A stretch of DNA of 64,000 nt from Candidatus Bathyarchaeota archaeon (GTDB lineage: Archaea; Thermoproteota; Bathyarchaeia; Bathyarchaeales; Bathycorpusculaceae). The notes under the pieces are model-generated. The model did no database searches, was not told the origin of the DNA, and worked only from the letters and a program-made list of their open reading frames with translations. Positions 1-10,067 of this stretch are shown here, in pieces. The stretch covers positions 2,048,001-2,112,000 of the forward strand of contig OY970340.1 in assembly GCA_963717465.1 (NCBI GenBank). The letters are read 5' to 3'. Position 1 is the stretch's first letter. Each line of letters starts with the position of its first letter. Made by a program: the position numbers and the translations under genes.

Positions 1-23
1 TCTTGAGGCTAAACGGTATGGAA

Positions 24-332
24 ATGTCACGGTGGGCTGATTATCTTATTTCAATGGTAAAGTATGATCAATCAAAGACACATATTGTGTCAGTTGAAGT
101 CCGAGAGGACATGGGTACCGCTGTCTCATATAAAACAGAAATTGTTCCCAGGGAGACTGTAGTCCAGAGTATTGAGCATAAGAGACGATACATGACTGTT
201 TTCGAAAATCCAAATGGCAAATGGAGCAAGGGACAAAAAGTGGAAATAGTAATTATAAATGGAGAAAAGTTCCTTAAAACTTCAAACGATGGCCTAGCTA
301 AAGACAGTCTTGGCGAATTACCTGAATTTTAG
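24..332 (+). CDS. DUF3892-like protein
   Basis: N-terminal WADYLISMVKY and C-terminal NGEKFLKT...KDSLGELPEF resemble DUF3892 proteins. Confidence 0.7.
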   Translation: MSRWADYLISMVKYDQSKTHIVSVEVREDMGTAVSYKTEIVPRETVVQSIEHKRRYMTVFENPNGKWSKGQKVEIVIINGEKFLKTSNDGLAKDSLGELPEF

Positions 333-415
333 AAAAAAAGTTTTTCTCCTGCATTCGTTCTTTTATATTTGTGTTTACATTACCACTTTGGTGAAAACGC
401 TGGGAGGTATTTTGG

Positions 416-1099
416 ATGGAAATAATTGAGGGAATCCATAGGGTGGATAAAGCAAGCGCTAACATGGCTCACTCCAACGTTTACTTGTTGGTTTTAGGAG
501 ACGAATTAATCGTTGTCGACACTGGAACTCCTGGGAACGCTAAAAAAATAGTCGAATACGTTCAGAAAATAGGACGGCGACCATCAAACGTTTCAACGAT
601 TATCTTAACCCACTATCACATGGACCATGCAGGCAGCGTCAAGGAACTTAAGGACTTAACTAACGCCAAAGTAGCTGTTCACGAGGAAGACGCGGATTAC
701 GTTTCAGGCAAAAAACCCTTGCCAAAACCTAAGAACGTATTTTTCAAGGCCTTTTCATCCTTCGTCAAGATTGCGCCCGTTCAACCAGATATCCTTCTTA
801 AGGACAAAGATACGATTGGGCCGCTCACTGTAATTCACATTCCGGGGCATACACTTGGAAGCATTGCTTTTCTTGACGAGGATAAAAAAGTGCTATTCGC
901 AGGTGACACCCTTAGGTTCGACGGCAAGCAATTAAGCGGTTCACCAGAGCAATTCACCCTTGACATGACCAAAGCAAAAGAATCAATCGGAAAAATATCC
1001 ACCTTAAACTTCGACATTATGCTATGTGGACACGGAGAAATACTCAAGCCCAACGCATCCGCGGCTGTCAAGAAATACTATGAATCACTAAAACAATAA
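416..1099 (+). CDS. MBL-fold metallo-hydrolase
   Basis: THYHMDHAG (HxHxDH), PGHT, GDTL and GHG motifs. Confidence 0.92.
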   Translation: MEIIEGIHRVDKASANMAHSNVYLLVLGDELIVVDTGTPGNAKKIVEYVQKIGRRPSNVSTIILTHYHMDHAGSVKELKDLTNAKVAVHEEDADYVSGKKPLPKPKNVFFKAFSSFVKIAPVQPDILLKDKDTIGPLTVIHIPGHTLGSIAFLDEDKKVLFAGDTLRFDGKQLSGSPEQFTLDMTKAKESIGKISTLNFDIMLCGHGEILKPNASAAVKKYYESLKQ

Positions 1100-1292
1100 A
1101 TTCTGCTTACACGATGCTCTTGCTTTTACTTCGTTGCAGAGATTGAATAATTTTTTCCGCGTAACTCAAAGTAAAAGTAGATTTGGACGATTATTATCGG
1201 CGTTTTTACATGTACACTCTTTAAGAGTGATTTGTTCTTGTTCAAGAAAATGTTTTATATTGACGACAAATAACGTGTCATGGTGATGTTTT

Positions 1293-2075
1293 ATGGTAAA
1301 GGCGGATTATGAGCAGTTTTTGGAACTTTGCCAGTATAGGCGAAGCATTCGCAAGTTAAAACCTGACCCTTTGCCAAAGGGAACTGCGGAAAAAATTTTG
1401 GAGTGTGCTCGTCTTAGTATGTCTGGAGCAAACTCTCAATCCTGGGAGTTCATAGTAGTTGAGGATTCAGAAACAAGACGGCGGATAGTGGAGGCATATG
1501 CAAATCGCAGAAGCTTAACCGCTAATATGGAGAAGATGCGTGCCCCACAGTACAGGCACCCAGCATTTAACTTTCCAGACGAAGAGTACACTGAGAAAGT
1601 GAAAGCTTCATCGCTTGGTTGGAAGGATGCTCCCTTGTTGATAATTCCATTGTACGATCCGAGGAAACAGTGGGGAACAGTTTTAGCTGGGCACGGTGAG
1701 ATTAGTTGGGCTCAACCTCAAGGCGTGATCGGAGCCTGCTCACATGGTCACATGAATATGCTTATACACTTAGCCGCTGCATCATTAGGACTTGGCAGCC
1801 AACGTGTAAACATTAATTGCCAATCCCCCTATAGGGAAATCTTGGGTTACCCTGAACCGTTAACTGCTGGACCAATAATTCCAATCGGATACAGAGCTTA
1901 TGAGCCTGGTACGTGTACATCAAACAGGTGGCCACTTAAGAAGCTTGTACATTACGACAAATATAACATGGAATTGTACCTAAAGGATGAGGATTTCTTA
2001 AAATATATTTTAGACATCAGAAAAATGAGCAAATCTGGCTATGTACCTATCATAAATCAAAATGGAAAAAAATAA
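1293..2075 (+). CDS. Nitroreductase family protein
   Basis: RRSIRK and SGANSQSWEFIVV motifs, AAASLGLGS. Confidence 0.88.
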   Translation: MVKADYEQFLELCQYRRSIRKLKPDPLPKGTAEKILECARLSMSGANSQSWEFIVVEDSETRRRIVEAYANRRSLTANMEKMRAPQYRHPAFNFPDEEYTEKVKASSLGWKDAPLLIIPLYDPRKQWGTVLAGHGEISWAQPQGVIGACSHGHMNMLIHLAAASLGLGSQRVNINCQSPYREILGYPEPLTAGPIIPIGYRAYEPGTCTSNRWPLKKLVHYDKYNMELYLKDEDFLKYILDIRKMSKSGYVPIINQNGKK

Positions 2076-2147
2076 GGAAAAATACGCGCATGCTGATTTC
2101 AGGCACTTTCGCTAAAATAGTTAAAATAATACTTGTTAGTACCTGCG

Positions 2148-3785
2148 CTACTGTCGAATACTTTTAACGTACATTACTGCTACCGCAGCTGATAAGCCGC
2201 CGATAAGTCCAAGTCCAATGTACAGACCGTATGCATCAATGAATGAGGGTCCGTTAACAGTTACCTGAATTTCATTGCTGTTGCATGGGTAAGTGTCATT
2301 GCTTCCCAGAAAGGTTGCTTGCAAAAGATAAGTTCCCGTCCCGCTTGGTTGAAATGAAGCCGTGAAAGTACCGTTATCGAGGCTTGTACACTGAATGCTT
2401 TCTTCGCTTTTTACAGACATGCATGTAATGTTGATCGGAGCGTTTCCAATCGAAATTGTCCCGGTAACAGTTATGTTATTTCCATCGCTCACGCTGCTTC
2501 GTAGAGCGTTAAACTGGGTTATTGTCGCGGTATCTTTCACTGCGAAGTTTCCTGACGCAGTAAGCTCATTTTCAAGTGTGTCGCAAGCTTGAATTTCGTA
2601 TTGCACTAATGAACCAGCTTGTTGTTGTGGAATTGTAGCATTGCAAGTCATGTTGTCACGCGCCATGTTAATTTCTGTTGCAGTTTCCCAATTGTCAGTT
2701 GTATACTGAAGTGTAGCGTTTTCAAGTGCAGTCGTGTTTGTAGTATAAGATATCAAAGTCTCGTTATTAGGCGTAACTCTAATTGGTGTTGTTAGAGGTG
2801 TGAGCGCCTCATCATCGAAGCTGGTTTTAACTAAGAATTGAATTGTCCCCGAACCAGAGTGACCCATAAAGACTAAATGGTAAACTTTCAAACTCGATGA
2901 AGCTGCGCTATTGGAAGTGTAATTGATAAACATGTCTTGTCCAGAAAATTCAGAACTTGCGTAGATGATGCCTTGATATGATCCACTATCCATGTTATAT
3001 CCTCCAACATCAGTGATGTTTCCATACAATGCACTCTCTACGGGCAAAATTACACCATTTAACTGCATTGAACTGCTGTCACTCATCAAATACAGTCTTG
3101 CCTCATACATGTCAAGAGAATCAGGCACGTTCACGTATACCTCAATTTGCGAACTGTTTGTCACAAACTCAAAGGCCCAGTTCGTATTATACTGTGACTG
3201 GTCTCCATTCATGCCTTGGACAAAAAGAGAATACCAAGTGTCACATTCTGCATGTTCCATTATCATGAAAGATGCCGCTTCCGAGCCGTGACTTTCTCCC
3301 ACGTCATTACTAATGACAAAAGTATAATTACCCGTGAATTCGGGAATAAAATATGGATCATCCACAGTTGTGCCTAAATTAGGTGCAACGCCTGCGGCGG
3401 GTGTATGCGCGCTTTCTAACGTACCATCAGGATTGTAAACATAAACGTCATAGTCAGTTAACGCCGAGGACCCATTGCTAATGTAAGCACCGTAAAGATA
3501 AATATGATACATGTGATTTGCTTGCAAGGGACAAATTATGGTATAGTTTTGTCCAATAGGAATACTGTTGTTTGCAATATAAACTGGAAAACCTGGTTTT
3601 TCAAGGTAAGTATAATTGCCCCATGTTGAACTGTACAAGTTGTTTAAAACATAACTTTGATACTCCGTCTGCCCTTGCGCTACGTTTACTTTTAAGCCAA
3701 ACGACATAAAGACTAATAGGATTATTACTGCAAACGTTAAAGCAACGTTAATTCTCTTGTATAGCACTCTTTTCAAGATTGGCAC
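2148..3785 (-). CDS. Secreted/membrane-anchored protein with Ig-like C-terminal region
   Basis: N-terminal signal peptide, Thr/Ser/Asn-rich beta-type sequence with many NxT/S sequons, C-terminal TM helix. Confidence 0.7.
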   Translation of the reverse strand: MPILKRVLYKRINVALTFAVIILLVFMSFGLKVNVAQGQTEYQSYVLNNLYSSTWGNYTYLEKPGFPVYIANNSIPIGQNYTIICPLQANHMYHIYLYGAYISNGSSALTDYDVYVYNPDGTLESAHTPAAGVAPNLGTTVDDPYFIPEFTGNYTFVISNDVGESHGSEAASFMIMEHAECDTWYSLFVQGMNGDQSQYNTNWAFEFVTNSSQIEVYVNVPDSLDMYEARLYLMSDSSSMQLNGVILPVESALYGNITDVGGYNMDSGSYQGIIYASSEFSGQDMFINYTSNSAASSSLKVYHLVFMGHSGSGTIQFLVKTSFDDEALTPLTTPIRVTPNNETLISYTTNTTALENATLQYTTDNWETATEINMARDNMTCNATIPQQQAGSLVQYEIQACDTLENELTASGNFAVKDTATITQFNALRSSVSDGNNITVTGTISIGNAPINITCMSVKSEESIQCTSLDNGTFTASFQPSGTGTYLLQATFLGSNDTYPCNSNEIQVTVNGPSFIDAYGLYIGLGLIGGLSAAVAVMYVKSIRQ

Positions 3786-4121
3786 TTAACCTCATCAATA
3801 TGGATAATCAGCGTTGACTCTTTATGATGATATAGGTTATGAAAAGTCGATACAAATTTAAAATCAACATTCAAACTTACCTTTTTGAGCCTCAATTAAC
3901 AAAAAGATTCGACTAATCGGAAGACGTTTTCTAAAGAATCAAAAACGCATTTAAAACAAGACTATGTATGCATAACCGATATGACATCCTCATGTTGCTT
4001 TCTCGGCTTAAATTTGCCTTTGTTACCGGCGTGTACTGATGCAAAACGTGCCCGATGACCTTTTGTGTGAAATTCGGATAACTATTATATACTCAGGCAC
4101 TTTAGGTGTATTGCTAAGGCG

Positions 4122-4487
4122 ATGTTTTTGGGTAACCTCAATTTTGTGGAGGCAGTTAAGGGAAAGTCTGAGCTCGAGTTGACCGTCACAGGTAGAAGGA
4201 CAAAAAAAGCACATTCCATGACGGTTTGGTTCTGTGCAGATGCAGACAAAATTTATCTTATACCCGTCAACGGTACAGATACTGAGTGGTACAAGAATAT
4301 CTTAAGGGATTCAAGCATCACTTTGACTATCGGTAAGACATCTGTTAAAAGCAAGGCTGAGACTATCACTGAACCTAATCGCGTGAAGAAAATAGTGGAG
4401 CTTTTCGCTAAGAAGTATGCTCGGATGGGTGAGATGAACAAGTGGTACAAAAAATTGGATGTCGCTATCGAGATTGCCTTGGCATAG
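4122..4487 (+). CDS. Deazaflavin (F420)-dependent nitroreductase-like split-barrel protein
   Basis: LTVTGRRT...WF...WYKNI pattern typical of Ddn-like proteins. Confidence 0.7.
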   Translation: MFLGNLNFVEAVKGKSELELTVTGRRTKKAHSMTVWFCADADKIYLIPVNGTDTEWYKNILRDSSITLTIGKTSVKSKAETITEPNRVKKIVELFAKKYARMGEMNKWYKKLDVAIEIALA

Positions 4488-4562
4488 ATTACGGTGGACT
4501 TTTTTGTGACTTGAAGCAAGGCGTTGGTTAATTAATAGCGGCACCGACACCTGAATTTGTCT

Positions 4563-5612
4563 TTATTTGAAATGGGCGATGAGCAAGGGCAGGTCGACAG
4601 TCGTTCGAATTCCTGGGGGACCATCGCACACGGTGGGAATCGCGTTCACGCAGATGTTAGAAACATAGGCGGGCGAGGTGTTTTTGTAGTCTTTCTTGTC
4701 AAAGCGAATGTCAATGTCTAAGGGCGCGTCACCCTCAATCTCGACATGCCAGCCATTGTAGTCTCGAATATTTAATGCTGGTTCGAGGTCTTTAGTGATG
4801 TACCAAGTGGGGCGGAATGTGATTAGGGGTTTTCCGTTAAGCATGCCGACAACTTCGAATTGCCATGCTCCTACTTTGCCTGCCTGGATTGTTGCTACTC
4901 CAATCTGAACCGTTTTTTTTGCGGCTGCTACTATTCCTTTTGCTTTGACCTCGTCGATAGGTACCGAGAAAGCTTTTGCGATTTGGCGAAAAGATTGACC
5001 GAATTGATAGCAGAGGCTTTCGGCAACACCGCTTAAGTCCATTTCTGATGGATTGCTGCCGAACATCATGTCGACGAGTTCTGGTGAGGCACGAGTTGTC
5101 ATATCGGCAAACTCTTCGATAAGCAAGTGGTCGAGTCTACAAACCATGGTGGTCGCAGCAAGCGGAATGATTTCAGTGATGAAACCTGGACTTGGACCAG
5201 TAGCGTAAAGCGATGTTTTGCCACGGGCGCAAGCATCCTCGATTTGGTGTCGTATATCCTGATCAATGCTCTCTGGGTCATGATAATCCGTGTACGACGT
5301 TACGATATTAATTCCAGATTCTAGAAGGTGGCATATATCGTTAAGATCTGCACCTCCAGTCATTGGCATATAGAGCACGCAGTCTGGCTTAGCGGCGATT
5401 ATATCATCAATGTTGTTAGTGGCTATAATTCCTGTCCTTTCAACTCCGCACAATTCACCTGCATCTTTACCTACTTTTTCATCTGAGTACACATACACTC
5501 CAACCAATTCGTACTTCGGGTGCTGTATAACTGTTCGCAAAGCGCGCTTTCCTGTATGACCTGTTCCCCATTGTGCCACACGATAACGCTTTTTGATATT
5601 ATTTTTGTCCAT
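4563..5612 (-). CDS. Dihydrodipicolinate reductase-like / 2,4-diaminopentanoate dehydrogenase-like NAD(P) oxidoreductase
   Basis: VAQWGTGHTG Rossmann motif, KVGKDAGELCG, TGPSPGF, NAIPTVCDGPPGI. Confidence 0.8.
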   Translation of the reverse strand: MDKNNIKKRYRVAQWGTGHTGKRALRTVIQHPKYELVGVYVYSDEKVGKDAGELCGVERTGIIATNNIDDIIAAKPDCVLYMPMTGGADLNDICHLLESGINIVTSYTDYHDPESIDQDIRHQIEDACARGKTSLYATGPSPGFITEIIPLAATTMVCRLDHLLIEEFADMTTRASPELVDMMFGSNPSEMDLSGVAESLCYQFGQSFRQIAKAFSVPIDEVKAKGIVAAAKKTVQIGVATIQAGKVGAWQFEVVGMLNGKPLITFRPTWYITKDLEPALNIRDYNGWHVEIEGDAPLDIDIRFDKKDYKNTSPAYVSNICVNAIPTVCDGPPGIRTTVDLPLLIAHFK

Positions 5613-5958
5613 TAAAAAACCTCACAAATGTTACCATAGAAAGCTCTTATATAATGTTGCATATATCATGCTTTCTATATTCTCACAAATGGATGAGCAA
5701 CACTCGTTATACCGTGAACTCGTTGCCAACACATTTGTCACAGATTCGCCATCCAAATTGAAAAATGCTGCCTAAATTCTATAAATATTGTAAGATTAAA
5801 TTTAAAAAATGAACAGAGTCTTGTTCTTAAAGAGGAAAGTTAAGAGGGGCAGCACGTACTCCTAATTCATTTATCTCCTAATTTTACTCCCCTCTAACTA
5901 TCCGACTTTTTCGAAGCTTATTTGCAATTTCTGAGAATAACAATAAATGTAACTGATG

Positions 5959-6534
5959 TTAAATCGTGGTTTTTCTTTGTTTAAGATAGTCTATTTTTGC
6001 ATCTGGTGGAAGGAACAGTGATTCAATGTTTCTTAGCGAGAATGGTTTGAGAACGAGGGCTTCTTTGTCTGTGGTAATATTGAAATTTTGCATGCTCCAT
6101 GTGCGACTTTTCTGTTCGCCTCTTAGTCTTCTGAGGAATGACAAGTAGCTTTCATAGTTTTTGTGAACAGATATCATCATTATGTTTGCGTCCAAGCCTT
6201 GTCCTTCCATGCAGCAGAGTATTTCTGGTTGTTCACCCATCCATTTCCGAGCTTTTGATATTTGTTCCTGTGTTAGCGGCGCGGCAGGCGCACCGAATGA
6301 GAGTGCAATAATCTCTATGCCAAGCTTGTTGAAATTGGGTATCACTGTATACTCGTTTATGTAACCTTCTTGTTCTATCTCTTTCCTTCGTCTGGACGCT
6401 GAAGTGTTGGTTATTCCTAAATGTCTGGCAAGTTCTCTGTCGCTGCTTGCCCCTGCCTTTATTAGAGCCGCAAGAAACCTCAACTTTTCAAGAATTTTTT
6501 GGTTTTGACGGTTCTGTCTTGATCTTTCCGTCAC
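5959..6534 (-). CDS. Lrp/AsnC family transcriptional regulator
   Basis: HTH SDRELARHLGITNTSASRRR followed by EGYINEYTVIPNFNKLG; divergent from the Mo-enzyme gene. Confidence 0.85.
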   Translation of the reverse strand: MTERSRQNRQNQKILEKLRFLAALIKAGASSDRELARHLGITNTSASRRRKEIEQEGYINEYTVIPNFNKLGIEIIALSFGAPAAPLTQEQISKARKWMGEQPEILCCMEGQGLDANIMMISVHKNYESYLSFLRRLRGEQKSRTWSMQNFNITTDKEALVLKPFSLRNIESLFLPPDAKIDYLKQRKTTI

Positions 6535-6719
6535 TCTTCCTCACAGCTTAATTTATAGGACAATATACTATTAAAACTTGGCAATCTATTAAATCTTTTA
6601 CATATGTTCTAATAGTGTTGAAAAATTGGTTTTTTTGTTTAGATATATAGATGTAAATGCAACCAAGTTTTATTAATCGATAGTCACATGTATCCAATCT
6701 TAGCTATAGAGTAAATAAA

Positions 6720-9050
6720 ATGGGAGATAGAATGATGAGTGAACAAATTGTAGACCCTAAAAGTTTCGATGGACTTCACAGATGCATATGCGGTTTTTGC
6801 AGTACCGGATCTTGTCAATTGCTTGAAACAGTTCAAAACGGTAAAATCGTTAAGGTTGAACCTGACTGGGAAAGCCCATTTAACCCTGGGCCGTACTGTC
6901 AGAAGTGGAAGTACAGTCTAGAATACATTTACAACAAGGACAGGCCAATGTACCCAATGAAGCGCATTGGCAAGCGTGGCGAAGGCAAATGGCAAATAAT
7001 ATCCTGGGAGCAGGCGGTAAGCGAAATAGGCGCTAAGATGAAGGAAATCATTGCAAAGTATGGTGCTGAAACTACTTGTGGTTTCTGGGGTACAGGTCGA
7101 GCCGCAAACTTAGGTTTAGGGCTTGCTAGTTATTTTGTTTTGATTGGCAGTCCGAATTTTGGTTCGATTGCGGCTCAGACATGAGCTGGACCCACGAACC
7201 AGGCCCTAGGATTGGGTTATGGCGTGGGAATTACGTATGCAATGATTATCCCTGGCAAGACGAAAGGTATCTTTGTTGCTGGTACGAACCCGAGTGAGTC
7301 TTGGACTTATTCTTGGCCTGCTTTCGTTGCGGGATTGGAGGCTGGCACGAAAATGCTCTGTATTGATCCGCGATTCAGTGAGACTGCGAGGCTTTCTGAA
7401 AAATGGTTGGCGATTAGACCTGGGACTGATGCTGCATTGTTTATGGCAATGATAAACGTGCTCATTGAAGAGGACCTGTATGATCATGATTTTGTGGAGA
7501 AATGGACTTTTGGATTTGACAAGCTCAAGGAACGGGCTAAGCAGTATACGCCTGAGAAGGCTGCAGAGATAACTTGGATTCCAGCTGAGAAGATCAGGGA
7601 AGCAGCAAGGTTCATAGCGAAGAACAGTCCATGCACTTTCCCGTTTGCCTACGCGATTGAATCATCAGGCAGGAACTCTTTAAGCAACGTTCGCGCAAAA
7701 TACATGATGCCCGCGTTAACCGGCAACATCGATATTGAAGGCGGCGAATACCTACACGCAAAACCGAAATTTCTTGGCGGCACAATGGCAATGCACGATA
7801 TAGCTGCGTCAGCAGATGTTGATCAAATGATGAAGCAGGTTGGATTGGATAAGTATAGAGCGTTGAACTTTACGATTGCTCCCTTGATTAATCAGGCAGC
7901 TGATGCAAAAGGATACTGGACAGGTGGTGCTCACTCCTCTGGAACAAGAGGTCCAAACTTCCCGACCTTTACAGATACAATGGTATCAGAGAAGCCCTAT
8001 CCAATCAAAGCTATGATTTCCGGTGAAGTAGGTCCAATGCGGAATTATCCAAACATCAAGAAAGTCTATGAAGGTTTGAAGAAGCTTGAACTGTTCGTTT
8101 ACATTGAATGCGCTCAAATGACGCCTGAAGCAATGATCGCAGATTATGTTTTGCCTGGCACTAGTCAATTTGAGAGAAATTCCGGCTACGCGACTGTTTC
8201 ATGTCAAGGTGAAATTGAGTTTGAGATCGCTGGTGATCGTGCCGTTGCTAGCAAAATACCTGGACTATGGGATCTAAGAGATGATAGCATAATATACCGT
8301 GATCTCGCAGTTGCAACACTTGGAAACGAAAAAGTTGATAAAGTTTGGCCTTGGAAGACTTTAGAAGAGTTTCAGGACATTTTCTATGAGCCTGCTGGTT
8401 GGACGCGCAAACAGGTGATTGAGGAATGGAAGGGTGTTCCGCCGTATGAGCCGAAATTCAAGAAGTACGAGGAGATTGATCCTGAGACTGGACAGATTAG
8501 GGGCTTTGGTACTCCTGAGGGTAAAGTTGCTTTCTACTCTACGATTTTGGAGCAGCTTGATTATGATCCGTTGCCGTATTATCAGGAATGTGCTTGGACG
8601 CCAATCAGTGCACCTGACATCGCAAAAGACTTTCCGTTGATCATGTGTAGTGGTGCCAGATTCCAGGAAGCTCACCATGGCGAACTACGACATATTAGCT
8701 TGATGCGTCATTTGCGGCCTTTTCCACGTGTAAAAATGCATCCTTTGACAGCGCGTAATATGGGTATTGGTGATGGCGAGTGGGTTTACATTGAGACTCC
8801 TGTTGGCAGGTGCATGCAGCAAGTGCGGTACGATTTCGGCGTTAATCCGAAGGTTGTTTCGCCTGAGCATGGTTGGTGGCGTCCAGAATTGCCCGGTGAG
8901 GAGCCATTCTTGCATGGATGGACTGACTGGAACATTGACGTTACAATCCCGAACGATGCAGAACAACTTAGCCCAGAACTTGGAGCCTGGTGCTTCAAAG
9001 CGGCGCTCGCAAAAGTGTACTCAGCCAACATTGGACCAATGGGACCATAA
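6720..9050 (+). CDS. Molybdopterin (Mo/W-bisPGD) oxidoreductase, acetylene-hydratase-like, with in-frame UGA (candidate selenocysteine) at 7182-7184
   Basis: ORFs 6720-7184 and 7212-9050 are in the same frame, separated only by one TGA; N-terminal CxxCx4C..C 4Fe-4S motif; IDPR, RPGTDAAL, C-terminal molybdopterin-dinucleotide domain; TGA lies in GSPNFGSIAAQT* matching GSPN...C of acetylene hydratase. Confidence 0.88.
7191..7228 (+). promoter_or_regulatory. Candidate bacterial-type SECIS hairpin
   Basis: CCCACG/CGTGGG, CCA/TGG and GGCCC/GGGTT stems with a TAGGATT apical region, starting after a 6-nt spacer 3' of the UGA. Confidence 0.5.
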
Positions 9051-9169
9051 ATTACGAGAAAATAGATCTTTCCTCTTTTCTTTTTTTTTTAAATCTCACG
9101 GCTTTATCAAATATTCTGATTTGATTTAATCATCACATTTAAAAGGACATAATAAACAAAAAGGGGTTC

Positions 9170-9532
9170 ATGAAAGCTAAAATAGTGAAGGCTAACTCGT
9201 TAAAGGAAACATTAATACGTGAAAACTGTGGTGTAGCCGAGAATTATCGTTCAAGAACTGTTTCCATCGCTCAAGCTCGAGTAAAACCTGGTAAAACAAC
9301 AGTTGCTCATCATCTTAAGGATGTTGAAGAAATTTATTTAATCATACAAGGCACAGGCAAAGTTTTTGTTGGCGACCTAACGCCTACTGAAATTGGAGTC
9401 GGCGATGTTGTTGTTATTCCGCCAAATGTCTCCCAGAAAATAGCAAACGTTGGCAAAACTGACCTAATTTTCAGCTGCATCTGCACTCCCTGTTTCACAG
9501 CAGAATGCTACGTGGATGAAGAAAAGCAATAG
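9170..9532 (+). CDS. Cupin domain protein
   Basis: HHLKDVEEIYLIIQGTG and GDVVVIPP cupin motifs. Confidence 0.88.
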   Translation: MKAKIVKANSLKETLIRENCGVAENYRSRTVSIAQARVKPGKTTVAHHLKDVEEIYLIIQGTGKVFVGDLTPTEIGVGDVVVIPPNVSQKIANVGKTDLIFSCICTPCFTAECYVDEEKQ

Positions 9533-9636
9533 CCAAACTCCTTTAACTCCTTAATGCAGCACAGAATTAGAAATACCGCAAACACCCTATTCTATGCTAA
9601 AAAAGGGAAGGGTAGAGCTGTATAGTTTAGTTCTTT

Positions 9637-9783
9637 CTACCCTTTTCTGATTTTTACTGTTTGGTTGGCCTCTTGTTTAGATTTATTCGCCCCATATTCA
9701 TTTCTGCAGGGCCCGCAAAGCCGCATACCGGCAACCATATATACACCCTTATTCTTTGCTCCGCATTTCTCACAATCTGCCAT
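9637..9783 (-). CDS. Small zinc-finger micro-protein (48 aa)
   Basis: Manual translation MADCEKCGAKNKGVYMVAGMRLCGPCRNEYG...; two CxxC motifs; below ORF-track cutoff. Confidence 0.6.
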   Translation of the reverse strand: MADCEKCGAKNKGVYMVAGMRLCGPCRNEYGANKSKQEANQTVKIRKG

Positions 9784-10067
9784 TATTCATCCCTTTTAAC
9801 AAGTACGGTATGAACATACATAAAAATTCTTCGCTTGATAATGGTGATAAGATAAATTGTGATTCGCACGAATATATTTGAATGCATTCTTTCATAGGGC
9901 GTTTAGATTTCGTTGATTGTTGCATTACTTATGTGTGAAAATAAGAATATAAAGAAGAGAATGAACTTATCGAACTTGCAATTCTTGGGGAAATGCGAAT
10001 TTTTAGGAAAATTCTTATAAGTCGTTTTTTCTTGAGCTATCTGTCTAAGAATTTCTGAGGATCATAT

